64,000 nucleotides of DNA. Origin: Podarcis tiliguerta (Eukaryota). The notes below the pieces were generated by a model. That model searched no databases. It worked only from the letters and a program-made list of their open reading frames with translations, and was not told where the DNA came from. The stretch is from assembly GCA_965153285.1 (NCBI GenBank), contig OZ229115.1; one strand, 5' to 3'. Within the stretch, counting starts at the first letter, position 1, and each line of letters starts with the position of its first letter. A program made the position numbers and the translations under genes. Below are positions 23,981 to 35,218 of this stretch, in pieces.

Positions 23981-24406
23981 GTTTCGTTAGCTAACCTGAA
24001 AACATCCAGGGGTTTTGCAGTGGAAAGGCGAGGCAGCGAGCGGGCGAAGAAATAAATGAAAATACACATCCACATAATTTGATATTTCTTTCATCCTGCT
24101 TTCCTCCCTTCCTCAGTGTGTATATAGGCGTTTGTGTGTGTGCATATATATGTATATGCACATGTGCGCATGAGAGCGACCTCAGAGTCTGGGAATGACG
24201 CGGGGATTTATATATATGTAAGTATTTCTATTACTTCTTTGGCCGCCTCCCATCCCTCTTCTCTGTCGGAGGCAAGGCTACCTAATCCAGGCCCATTGGC
24301 AGGCCGGCTGCGGAGCGAAGATACCCAAAAAAACACACACACGCACAAAATAACCCGCGAGAAAACAATATCGAGCGCGTCTCGATCGTCTCTCTCTTTT
24401 ACTCAC

Positions 24407-24650
24407 CATTTGCTTTTCATTGGTGAAAATGACTGGAGCCATTTTGTGGCCTATTCATGGCGGATGGATGCAATTTTTTCCCCCTCTCCCCCTTTTCCTT
24501 TCTCCCCGCCTCCCTCTACCGTAAAAAAAAGAAAAAGAAAAAAGATAAAGCAAAAAAAAAAAAAAAAGGAGAAAAGAGAAAGAGAGTGTTGGGTGGCTTC
24601 GCAGCGCCGGGATCTCATTCCCACATCACGTCCAGTTTCCTATTTAGTAT
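24407..24650 (-). other. TAL1: Candidate TAL1 first non-coding exon region (1a/1b)
   Basis: Consensus donor AATG|gtgagt at 24407/24406; lies directly downstream of the GATA promoter; YY1-like CCGCCATG and CAAAATGGC motifs. Confidence 0.6.
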
Positions 24651-24780
24651 GGAGAGCGGAACACCGGAGCAATGTGGCCAAGAGAGATAAGGCGCTCGCA
24701 GTGGCCCGCCTGCCCTGATAAGCCCCTAAACCCATTATTTATGAAATGATTCATTATTATTTGGCAATTTTATCGAAGGA
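24635..24780 (-). promoter_or_regulatory. TAL1: TAL1 promoter 1a
   Basis: Two GATA sites (AGATAA 24685-24690, TGATAA 24716-24721) flanking a GC box; AATGATTCATT (AP1/SKN-1-like, 24745-24755); TTGGCAATTT; CTATTTAG (24640-24647). Order and spacing match the mammalian -37/-69 GATA promoter as recalled. Confidence 0.8.
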
Positions 24781-26571
24781 AAGCGGAAAATTATTGCAGG
24801 GATATGCAGAGAGAGGGACTTTGGAATGCATGCCGGATTGCTTTTTTAGACGGGTGCGCGCGCGCGCAAGGGCGCGCGTTTAGATGCGCTTTAAAAAGAG
24901 ACAGAGGGGGAAAAAACGTGGGAGGGAAGAGGAGGAATAAAATATTCGCCAGGACTGCCCACATTTGAATAACGATCTTTTCTTTCAGCTTTCTTGGTGG
25001 TTACGATTCTCCCCCACAGGCTTCCTCTGCGTGCCCCCCCTCACCCGCCCACCCGCCTCCACAGCACACCCGGCATTAAATATGGAACACCTACTCGGCT
25101 CTTAATTTAATTTAATGAGCCAAAATAAAATGGATCGAGATATTGAAAAGGGGGAGAAGTGTGCGAGCGTGTAACTAAATGGCTGAGGGGAGCAGCATGT
25201 CTGGTACAACTGGGTAAACAAAGGGAAGGGATATAAAAAATCCTTCCCTAGCCAATAAATAAAGAAATAAATAAAATGTGTGGGCATAAACTAGCGATAT
25301 TTGCTGGTTTAATTTGATATTCGACGGAGGGAAGTGGGGGCAATTAAGGAAATCAGAGGTGGGGGTGCTATTTAGGAATAAAAGCTCATTGAAGTGCGCA
25401 GTTATGGTTATTTTTAAATAACCCGTCAAATATGTAACCTTTTCATGGGAAGGAGATGGGCTAATATTCCGGAGGGGGGCATTAAGGCGCTCGGTTGGGG
25501 AAGGGACTCAGAACGACCACTGGAGATAGATGCAGAATTGAGTTGGCGGAGCTAAGATCCATAAAGTTCAGAGGCGCTGATGGATGGAAGAAAAACAAAT
25601 AGAGCCTTTTTATTCCCGTCTATTCTCTCGGATCCTAAGCAAGTATTAGCAGGATGTGCGTCCCATTCATTTTAACAGAGCACCGATGAGCAGTAAATGT
25701 CACATTTCCAAACCAAATTTCGTCTCCTTTCAATAGAGTCGTATGTGTGCAAGGCGCGTTCTCATTTGCATCGAACTAGGCGAAAAGCAGCTACAGTTAA
25801 TCTGGAATACATGGAAGCCCTTTTGTGTCGGTGCATTTATCTCAAATCGGTGGGAAACCGTTTAAGTGTGCTCCCGGTTAACTACTGCGGAGTAATTACC
25901 TCCCTTCGGGATCGATGCAGATATAGCATTCCCGTCCGAGGTGCCTTGAAATAAAAGGATGAAAAGTGGAAGTGACTCCGGGGGTCATTAATAGGCGTTG
26001 ACATGACTTAGGGATGCGCTCAAGGTTTCTTTTTAAGGCTGCCGCAGCTCCTTTACAGAACAAGGGCTCTTTAAATCAGTCCAGGAATCGGGGTGAGCGG
26101 GTCGGGGACGACGCAGGAGCAGGAGTAGACTTACTTTGTGTTCTGCCACCTAGCTTTGGGGAGCTGGCTTCAGCCTGCTCTCCTCAGACTATTTTGGACT
26201 ACACGATGCGACTCAGGAAGGCAAGGCTGATAGTTTTAGGAGACTGTTCTGCATGATGTATTTGAGATCATCATGCTGTTTACACTCAGACGAATCAGTT
26301 TGGAAGAGTTCCACCGTATGAAATACAACCTCTTGGCGTTTTATTTACGTCCACACGACACACCAACTACAGGCGCTATGCTGCGAATCTAGAGGCGCCC
26401 TTGTCCTGTGAATCCGATTCCGACTGGGTTCCCCATGAAAATTAAACCCGAAAGTGGCAGCAACCATAAAAGAATGGTTGTCTGCCCCGCAATAAATATG
26501 CTTTCAGCCAGATTGGCTTGAAATCATCCATTGTCTTTCTTAATACAACATAAATTGTTACTTTGCAGCTT

Positions 26572-26722
26572 CTAGCGGGGTAGTCTCCTGCCGCAAAAAA
26601 CAATGAAGATGATTGTGGCACCTTAAAGACGAGCACATTGGTTGTGACATAAGGCTTGGTGGAGTCCAGTCCACTTCATCAGATCAGATGCACTCAGTCC
26701 ACTAAAGCTTATGCTATAATGC
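26572..26722. mobile_element. Penelope-like relic with decayed hammerhead core
   Basis: GTGGCACCTTAAAGAC, CCACTTCATCAGAT (CTGATGA on minus strand) and GTCCACTAAAGCTTATGC. Confidence 0.65.
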
Positions 26723-26888
26723 GTGGTTTTTATGGCCTTCTCTGCGGTAGCCCCTTCGTTTTTGGAATGCTCCCCAGGGAAGCACGCCGCAACTTTGCTA
26801 TCATGTTTTTATCAGGTATTATTGTAGATCTCAGACACTGAGAGATCTTTCGCAACATAAAATTACAAAAGGAAAAACATTGGATTGG

Positions 26889-27027
26889 ATAGTTCAGTTG
26901 ATAGAGCATGAGACTCTTAATGTCAGAGTCGTGGGTTCAAGCCTCACATCGGGCAAATGATTCCTGTATTGCAGGGGGTTGGACTAGATGACCCTCGTGG
27001 TCCCTCCCAACTCTACAATTCTATGAT
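26889..27027 (+). mobile_element. tRNA-Lys(CTT)-derived SINE with CR1-type tail
   Basis: AGTTCAGTTGATAGAGCATGAGACTCTTAA..GTCGTGGGTTCAA head; GGTTGGACTAGATGACCC..CCAACTCTACAATTCTATGAT tail. Confidence 0.8.
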
Positions 27028-27039
27028 GATATAATAATA

Positions 27040-27257
27040 CAGTGGTACCTCTGGTTACGTACTTAATTCGTTCCAGAGGTCCGTTCTTAACCTGAAACTG
27101 TTCTTAACCTGAAGCACCACTTTAGCTAATGGGGCCTCCTGCTGCCGCCGGAGCACGATTTCTGTTCTCATCCTGAAGCAAAGTTCTTAACCCGAGGTAC
27201 AATTTCTGGGTTAAGGGAGTCTGTAACCTGAAGCGTATGTAACCCGAGGTACCACTG
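27040..27257 (+). mobile_element. Tc1/mariner (Tigger/pogo-like) MITE
   Basis: TIRs CAGTGGTACCTC...GAGGTACCACTG flanked by TA duplications. Confidence 0.9.
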
Positions 27258-27389
27258 TAATGAGAACAAAAACAAGCCAGCAATCTCTCCTCCCACTTCT
27301 ATCGCGCTTCTTATCTTTCTGAAAGTGGCTGACCGAAAGGGGAGAGACTGGAAGACGGAGTAGCGATGAGCAAACGTTAAACGCGGGAG

Positions 27390-27725
27390 TCGGTCTGTCA
27401 GTCATCCGGACATCAAGGGGGGAACTAGGGCTTCGTGATCCAGGGAAATGCAAAGAGCCCGATCAGCAGATTAGGCCCGCTTCCCTTAGACGCGAGGATT
27501 TCCCTAATGATGCTGCTTCAAGGGGACTCAGCCGCCGCCTGACGTCTCTAACCCAGGCTCTAAGATCGGAGGAAGGAGGCCGAGGAAGAGCTTCCTCCCC
27601 CCAGGGAGGCCGCTCACGACGCTGCTGGGAAGCCAGGAAGATCAGCCCCAGAGCAGTCACGACTTGTCCGCCAGGCCTGTCCTGCACGCTGCATCCGGGA
27701 AACACGAGCGCCACTTCCTCTATCC
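27390..27725. promoter_or_regulatory. TAL1: Candidate TAL1 upstream Ets-cluster enhancer (mammalian -4/-3.8 kb equivalent)
   Basis: At least 7 GGA(A/T) cores including CAGGAAG, GCATCCGG and CACTTCCT in a CpG-rich non-repeat block ~3 kb upstream of promoter 1a. Confidence 0.5.
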
Positions 27726-29011
27726 AGAGAGGAGAGAAAACGAAGGCGGCAGAGGGACGCGATCGCGGGATGGGGATGAATTAAGAGTCACGTCTCGCCC
27801 TCCTTAACCCGGCACAAGATCCTAAGAGAGCTCCGTTTAGGCCGGAGGGGTGTCTGCGCTCCCGTATGACCTCGCCACAGTGCGTAAAAGTAGTGCTCCG
27901 AGCATGTGCAGAGTGCTGCAGCCTTGTCCCTGAAAAGTCACATTTGGGCACTCCCAGGACTTGAGCTGCAATGTATCTTGTTATACAGAAGGAACCAGCT
28001 GGCACATGGTGACTTGAAGTTCACCATAATTGTGACCTGGTACAGTATGCAGTAATATTTCAGCTTTAAGATGCAGAGGCAGAGTGGGGGTCTGTCAGCA
28101 TATCTACAAGAAGCCATGATAGAATAATCAATGCAATTCTAAGCTTATTAATCAGTGGTTAAACACTTGGCATCTTAATAATATAATAATTTATTATTTA
28201 TACCCCGCCCATCTTAACTGACCTCCATTCAAAACTTCCCTTTGGCAGGGTCTTCAAGCTCCCATTGCACTCTTCAAAACACTTGCTACACATTTCTTGG
28301 GACACAGGAAATATGCAAGAAAAAGGCAATGAGGCATCTAAGAACAGCACAGATTGGGGCAGAGGAACAGGCAGTCTCAGTGCCAGAACAGATGGCAAAC
28401 AGCAGCAGTCTCAATGGGAAAAGCATCTCTCACATCCCTCAACCATAGACAACCGTCTCATGCATCAATATTCCAGTCTCAGCCACAATAGGGCTGAATC
28501 TCAGGTGCATAAATGTTGTTGCTAGAGACTTCAGTCCTTTTCACATCCATGCTCCCCATACCAAAGGGGCAACCTCACTTTTTTGCACTATGGAACACAA
28601 CTTGGAATAGCAGGGCCAGAGGTAGTAGTGAAAGAAATTAGAAAAAGAGAAGGTTCTTTTTACACAATACCTTAGATAAGGTATTTCTCCACTGTCACAT
28701 AAAATAAATATTTTAAATATGTGGGAATACAGAGAAAGGAGATGAGAATTAAGTTGCCATAGGAGAAAAATGAATGTGAAAAGTGCACGAAGGAAAGGAA
28801 CAGTAAAAGACGAAGATGTGGTGGTGGGGTAAAGCTTATGGAACAGATTTTGCAGAAAAGGGGGGGGAGGAGTTATACCTCTGCAGCCAATGTCTGTATT
28901 TAGCTTGAGGAAAGCTGAAGTTTGGAACTTCTTGCTAAAGGGAAATTGCTGTGGTAAAGAATTCAGCAATTTCCAAAGAGGGACTGGATATCAATAGTTG
29001 ACAGCTAATTA

Positions 29012-29227
29012 CAGTGGTACCTTGGGTTACAAACACTTCGAGTAACAGACTCTGCTAACCCAGAAGTAGGACCTTGGGTTAAGAACTTTTCCCCTAGGAT
29101 GAGAACAGAAATCGCACAGTGGCAGCAGGAGGCCCCATTAGCTAAAGTGGTACCTCAGGTTAAGAACGGTTTCAGGTTAAGAACGGACCTCCAGAACAAA
29201 TTAAGTTTGTAACCAGAGGTACCACTA
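29012..29227 (-). mobile_element. Tc1/mariner MITE, same family as 27040-27257, opposite orientation
   Basis: TA-CAGTGGTACC...GAGGTACCACTA-TA; internal GGCCCCATTAGCTAAAGTGG is the reverse complement of the 27.1-kb copy. Confidence 0.88.
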
Positions 29228-30285
29228 TATGTCAAACTCCACCTAAATTTTGTAGCTTGTTCTGGCCCTGCATTGCCAATTTGTGCCTAGTGGGCTTCAG
29301 TAATTTTCAGCTTTCTCAAGTGGCCCTAGGAAAGTTTGAGAACCCTGTTTTAGGCAATTACCAAGAGTCGTATGTAACTTCTGCTAAGCTAATATAATGC
29401 ATTTCCCCACCACATCCAGCAGTCCCCACTCTGCATATACCAGCAAAAATACTATGAAGTGAGGGACATCACTGTGCAATAATGATGGATATCATTCCAA
29501 TTTTTTTATTGGAAAAAACAATGTAAAACAGGCTAAAGGACCTGAAGGCCTTCATGGAAGATAATGAATTAAAACTATTATGGTAACACACAGAGAAATA
29601 AAATAAACCAAATTTAATTTTTAAAAACCCTGAGTATAACAAGTCTGCATATTACAAGTGTCAAGTACATTTTATTTAGACATTCAAAAAATGTTAATGA
29701 TTTCAAACACAAATAATAGATAAACAGTTCAGCAATTTATCCAGCATTTGTTCATGTTCATACTACAAGACAAAAAAAAAGATAAGGATGACCTTGTTTT
29801 TGTTTCATGATCATAGTAAACATTATGAAATTTTATTTCACATTTGTGTAAGAATCGGGGCTGTCTAATGAAGTGCATTACTCCAATGCTTGAATGGACT
29901 CAAAAAAGGTTAATGCTTTAAACTGAGTAACCAAAATAATCTCATCCTAAACCCCCTTTTCACTTCAGCATTGATTAAGTTGCCAAAGTCCATTTTACAA
30001 AATTCATACATATGTTTTAAAAAGTATGTCCCATTAGATATATATTTGCTGACCTTTAAGAGTATAAAGACACATCAATAAACATAAAGGTAAAAATATT
30101 TATATTTGAGGTAACAGTCAAGCCATCACACCAGGCACACATTGAACCCTTTCCTCCCATTTAGTTTGTTGTCAAAACCACTTGAAAAGAGTTGGTGGCT
30201 TCTTGATTAAATTGAATTACAGAAAACTGGTTCAACTTGTATTGAAAAGTCCTGCAAGGAGTTGGTTGCCAATGAATCAGACAGG

Positions 30286-31105
30286 TTAAAATAACTTGGG
30301 TAACTGTCTGAGTTTTTGTACATCAAGGAAAGTACCCACTGAATTCATGTTGTCCACTTGCTTTAAATTATCAACAATAGGAGCTTGATGAGTTTCAGAT
30401 ACAATTTGATTATCTAGATTCTCTTTGTCCGGATGCTGAGTAAACTCTGCTTTTCCAGGTAGAAGTTTCATTTGGGGGTTCATGTCTTTAAAAAATGGAT
30501 AGGAACTCTCATCTGACTGGTGAAGGATTCGAAGTGGAATGACTGCATTTGTAACATTTCTTAATATGGGGCCCTCTGGATTAGACAGATGAGTACTAGA
30601 TAGTTCAGATTCATGATGTGCTGGATTAACAGAAAGTCTCTCACTTCCTCTTTCGTAGGGGTCTTTCTGGCAGCTAAAGCCATCTAAAATAGGGTTTAAA
30701 TTGAGTTGCAGAACAGGTTTTATGTTCTTTCCTCTACTGTAGTCAGTCTGTTCTTTCTCTTCATCATCACTGCCATCACTGCTTTGCAATAGTCCATACC
30801 TTTTCATGTACTTCTTGGTTGCAAATGACATATTGCTTGGGGAAATTAAGCCAAAGCCCACCAAAGTCTTATCAGTATTAGTGTGCAAGAGAGTCTGTAC
30901 AGATGAAGCCATAGAATTTTTTTGGCTTGAGTGACTCAGAGAAAGCTGTGACAGTTGACTTTCACTTAGGTACTTGAGTGCAATAGCATTTGCTTCCATA
31001 CTCAGATCTACTCCATTGGGAGTTAAGCCACTCATGCCAACATTAGCAAAAGAGATGTAGTTTAGACCTGGGACTACAGCTTCAGGATTAATACAGGCCA
31101 ATATG
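30286..31105 (-). CDS. STIL: STIL last coding exon (STAN domain, KEN box, stop)
   Basis: ILACINPEAVVPGLNYISFANVGMSGLTPNGVDLSMEANAIALKYL...DKENL...VGTFLDVQKLRQLPKLF*. Confidence 0.97.
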
Positions 31106-31630
31106 CTAGAAGAAAACAAAGAAAAACAAGTTATTTTAACTCGATGCAAGTAAGTATACGGGGTGTACCTTATTCTACCTAATTGTAGCCATCAGGTCAC
31201 AAAATGTCAATGTACTTTAAAGATAGGCTATCCTACTAGCTAAGGAGCCGAGGACAGTATTTAAAGCTTAGGTTGACAAGTCAGTCTTTGGAAGCCTAGT
31301 TCTGTCCTACAGATATAGTAGCTGCTAACTATGGCTTACCAGCTCAGACAACATTGATAAATGCTTTTTGGTCCTTTGGAAACAGACTGCATGCCAATTC
31401 AAACTGCCAATGCTTATATCCATCCCTACCCACAAAAGTCATTATTTTTGGCCCTCTGAAGTATGGATATGGGGAGCCCTCCAGATGATGTCGTCTACAA
31501 CTCCCATCATCTCTGAACACTGACTATACTGTTGAAGAATATCCGATTCCCATCCCCCGCTTTAGAGGGATGAAGCCATTTATAAGCTCAGTCAGACTTT
31601 TTTGTTCTTTATTTAGAGCAATCTTTCTAC

Positions 31631-31887
31631 CTGGCATTCTCTACTTTGTGTGCACTGTTCATCATCTTGTCAGGAGAGTCAAATTTTACTCCAAGGTTCC
31701 TCAGTTGTTTCAAGGTTGCATTCAGAACAATATCTTTATCACTTAGGAGTGGATCAGGATTGACTGAGCCTCTTCTTTCTGTTTTGTTCATTTTTGAAGC
31801 TGTGGTACATTCACTGCTGGTAATGTCCTTTTGTACTGATGAACTGTTTTCTTCAGAAGATTCCTTCAAGAAGTGGTTCACTTGACC
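31631..31887 (-). CDS. STIL: STIL coding exon 15
   Basis: GQVNHFLKE...VLNATLKQLRNLGVKFDSP; phases 0/2. Confidence 0.95.
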
Positions 31888-32393
31888 CTAAGGAAACGTA
31901 GAAAGGGAGGTACAGAGAACTGTAGAAAAAGCTAATCAAAGCTATAGGATATTAGCAGTCTCATACTTAGCATGCTAGGGAATAGTTTTGTATGTCAAGG
32001 CCAATCAAATATTCACAGAAGATCAGAACTTTTTTCATAATGAAACTTCATTTTAGATACTAAGAGTGACATCTGACTAAGTCATACTCAGAGTCGGAAA
32101 GTACAACTTAGATATCACCCCCAGTCATTGCAATCTTAAATTATTGTTGTGCCACATACTATTTGAATTGAAAGATACACAAATTACATCTTAAAAAACT
32201 ATTCTGGCATGCAAAATATCAGAAATGCCTACTATGGACGGTAAAATGAAACATGAAGGCTCAATAAACAGTTGGACAACACAAATCTGTTTTATAAAAA
32301 CTGCATTTTTTTAAAAAAATAAAGCCTGGTAGCTTCTCTGCTAATACCACTAAGGAGCATTGGGTTAAGGAATGATACATCGAAATAACTTAC

Positions 32394-32589
32394 CAATATA
32401 TCCTGGTAAAACTTCTGGTCATCTGGTGGGGCATTTGGAAGGTAAGTGATAACATGCTCAATATTTTGTTCATTAACTGCTACCAAATGACTGTCAGCTC
32501 TCTCTGATGGGCTGGTCTGCATGCACATGCTAACACTTTCATTCATTGATGAAATTGGGGCAAGTCCTGAGTCAGCATCTGGTCCACTA
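32394..32589 (-). CDS. STIL: STIL coding exon 14
   Basis: ...ESVSMCMQTSP...DDQKFYQDIL; tandem TAGTAG acceptor; phases 2/0. Confidence 0.9.
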
Positions 32590-34088
32590 CTAGAAGCAGA
32601 GAATAGTGAATTAATAGAGAAGATTCAAATGAGTTGATTTTCAACAGAAGTGGGAAAGTGGGTCAATACTAGTGTGAAGGCTATAAAATGGGATGGTCAT
32701 TATCAGCAATGCCATGGCAAAATGCAAAAGCTGTATTACGATGAGTATTCAACCATATTCTACACAGCAAGTTGGAATAACTTCAATAATGGAGAAAAAA
32801 AAGTATGCCGCTTAAGTATACTCTTGTCATTCCCAAACCTCAAGCACTTCCTTGATGGAGTAAGTTTCGACCAAACAACCAAGTTAGCAACACCTGTACA
32901 TTTGCTGCACAGTAAAGAATTATGCAGAGTCCCTTAATTAAATAAGACTTAATGCATATTTGCAGATCACAACAAGAATTGCTATTTTAACAGCTAAGGC
33001 TAGAAACATGGATAATTAATGCCAAAATGCCTACTAGATCATCAAATGACCCGAAGAGCAACATAGGTATTAATGGTATTCAAATAATGCAGCTTAAAGC
33101 AATCAATTGTGTATGTTGAAAGAGATAAGATTAAATCATGTACTGTCATTACAGGTTATCAGTTACTGCCAGAGAAGTGATTTTTCATCACTCAGAAAAT
33201 TTTTGAAAGCTCAATATGTGAAAAATCACTTTTAGCAACTGGGACGCAAGCTTCATCAAGAGATTGCTTGCTTGATTAAAGTAAGTTCTGTATGCCCATG
33301 ACTTATTTCTATAGTTTGAGATCCTAGTCATCAGTAAAGCTGCACATGAAGTTGCAGTGAGGCAGGCATGCTTTTTTTAAAATTCATCGCCTCCACAAAT
33401 AAGCAATCCATTTTTACCCATGAAAAGTGAAGTTAGGGTTGATTAATGGGGCTGCTGCATTGTAGCTGCCACTTAACTCAGTCATTAGCATTTCAAGCAA
33501 GTTGTCTGCAGTATCTGGTCATATAGGAGGAAAACATCTGCTAAAGATGCACAACTTTGAGTGGCTGTAGATATATTGTAGAATCTTTGCTGATTAATTC
33601 ATTGCTGCAGTCAGTGTTCTACATGGTTTTAGCTGCTATACTGTTTATTTAAAACAGTGAACATAATACAAAGTCAATTAGACTCACTTTTTTTGGGGGG
33701 GGGGGAATGAAAATAGCCTTTTTGAAACCAACCCAAATTTTTGGAATTAACATTTTAGTTCTGACAGGTGACACACACACATAAAATGGCTTGTTCTGAA
33801 GCTGAGCAGAGAAATACAGATGTACAACAAAACAATCATGAATGAGAGATTACTGAACTTAAGTGAATAATACAAACCACTTCAGCTCAGGCAAACAAGG
33901 CTGCCAACTGTGGTCAACTTCTTCTACAAATATGCATTATTGAAGGCAAAGGGAGGGAACTGAGGCAAACCAATGTGGAACTGTATGCCTCCACCAGTGT
34001 ACTCCTGAAAGATCAGATGGGTTTCACACAACATAGTATATGTAGGTTATTAAAGTATGGGGAGTTTAAACGAGGGTTGTTTTTTTAC

Positions 34089-34305
34089 CGGAGTCCAGAG
34101 GGTTGACTAGCTCCTTCTACAAGATGAATACTATCCACAAAACTGGGTATGTCAACAGCATTTAATGAAGAGGCAATGCTTGCTTGACTCCTGTTCTTCT
34201 CAGTGTTCATAGAAATATTGATGTCTTCATTGGATATTTCAACATCATCTTGTTTCACATGCTCATTTTTATTTTCCAAAGTAGCATTCCACATCAAGCT
34301 AGCAC
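34089..34305 (-). CDS. STIL: STIL coding exon 13
   Basis: GASLMWNA...ASSLNAVDIPSF; phases 1/2. Confidence 0.92.
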
Positions 34306-35055
34306 CTAAAGTAAAACAGGAAGAAAGCCTTGGTTGAATTTAGCTAGGCTGGTGGCACCACTCTCTGTCTCCGCATGTATTGTGTATTCTATCCCAGTCC
34401 CAGTTGTCCATCAACTTCATGCGTTATAGCAAATCACTGGTACAGCTTGTTGCAATTACTAGCAGTTCGTTAATGTGACACTCAGTGTTTAAGTAACTGA
34501 AAATGACAAATATTAGCAGTCCTCTCATGGGCAGTTTCACAACATGATGAGCTTGTGCATTTCATACAAATTTGGTAATCTTGATAATACCAGTTTTGGA
34601 CTCTAGCAGCAGCCATCAAAACAAAAGTAGTTGAAGTCACAACACACTGAAGTGTGATTTGAGGCTGTGACGATCACATTAGTAACTTCTCTTTAGCAAG
34701 ACAAGATCTACTGCACTAACCCCTCCCCCACAACTTTAACATTTGAACACTGCTATGAGCAAACCAACTCAATCACATTAATTATTACACAAAATTTACA
34801 GCCTTTCAAGCAATTAATATCCAGTTCTCAGTCATACTATACTGTATTGGAATCTACCATGATATAACAGTCTGGGTACAGGACCCAAGTTTGTTAGCAG
34901 AGTGGATCAAATAGGAAGACAGCACAACACTACTGGATCAAATAGGAAGACAGCAGAGCAGACTCTGGACAGCTAAAATGGCGCCCGTGTCAGGTATTTT
35001 CCCACTGCTGAGTTATACCAGTGTAACTTCAATAAGGTGTACAATAAACCAATAC

Positions 35056-35218
35056 CTGTGCTCACTGCAATGCTGACACTTTTCTTCATGTGTAACCCTG
35101 TGGACGATTGGGTTTCCATGGCAACAAATTCTAGTTGCTTCTCAGACTGTATGCTACTGTTTGCTATAGTTTTGGTTGAACAGGGCTGAAGAGTTTGTGC
35201 TTCTAAAAGCCGCTGAAT
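35056..35218 (-). CDS. STIL: STIL coding exon 12
   Basis: IQRLLEAQ...[14 protein letters not shown]; phases 0/1. Confidence 0.95.

Larger units (their letters stand above)
690..24650 (-). other. TAL1: TAL1/SCL gene span (bHLH haematopoietic transcription factor); CDS = join(complement 14882..15489, 13302..13393, 4815..5236), 1122 nt, 373 aa
   Basis: Assembled protein has TAL1 signatures (LLNGVAKET, PVIEL, RMVQLSP, GFFGEPD, RVKRRPSPYE, b[21 protein letters not shown]); splice phases 2 and 1 consistent; transcript ends approximate. Confidence 0.95.

Noticed and set aside
26889-26955. tRNA-Lys gene (also tRNA-like sequence at 14634, 10590 and 53776)
   Set aside because: Stems are disrupted and each continues into a SINE body or CR1 tail; these are SINE heads, not tRNA genes
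27876-27910. Cryptic V(D)J recombination signal analogous to SIL-TAL1 breakpoints (CACAGTG here and at ~46171)
   Set aside because: No recognisable nonamer at 12- or 23-nt spacing; isolated heptamers occur by chance
34903-34955. 22-bp direct repeat TGGATCAAATAGGAAGACAGCA
   Set aside because: Simple local intronic duplication with no sign of function
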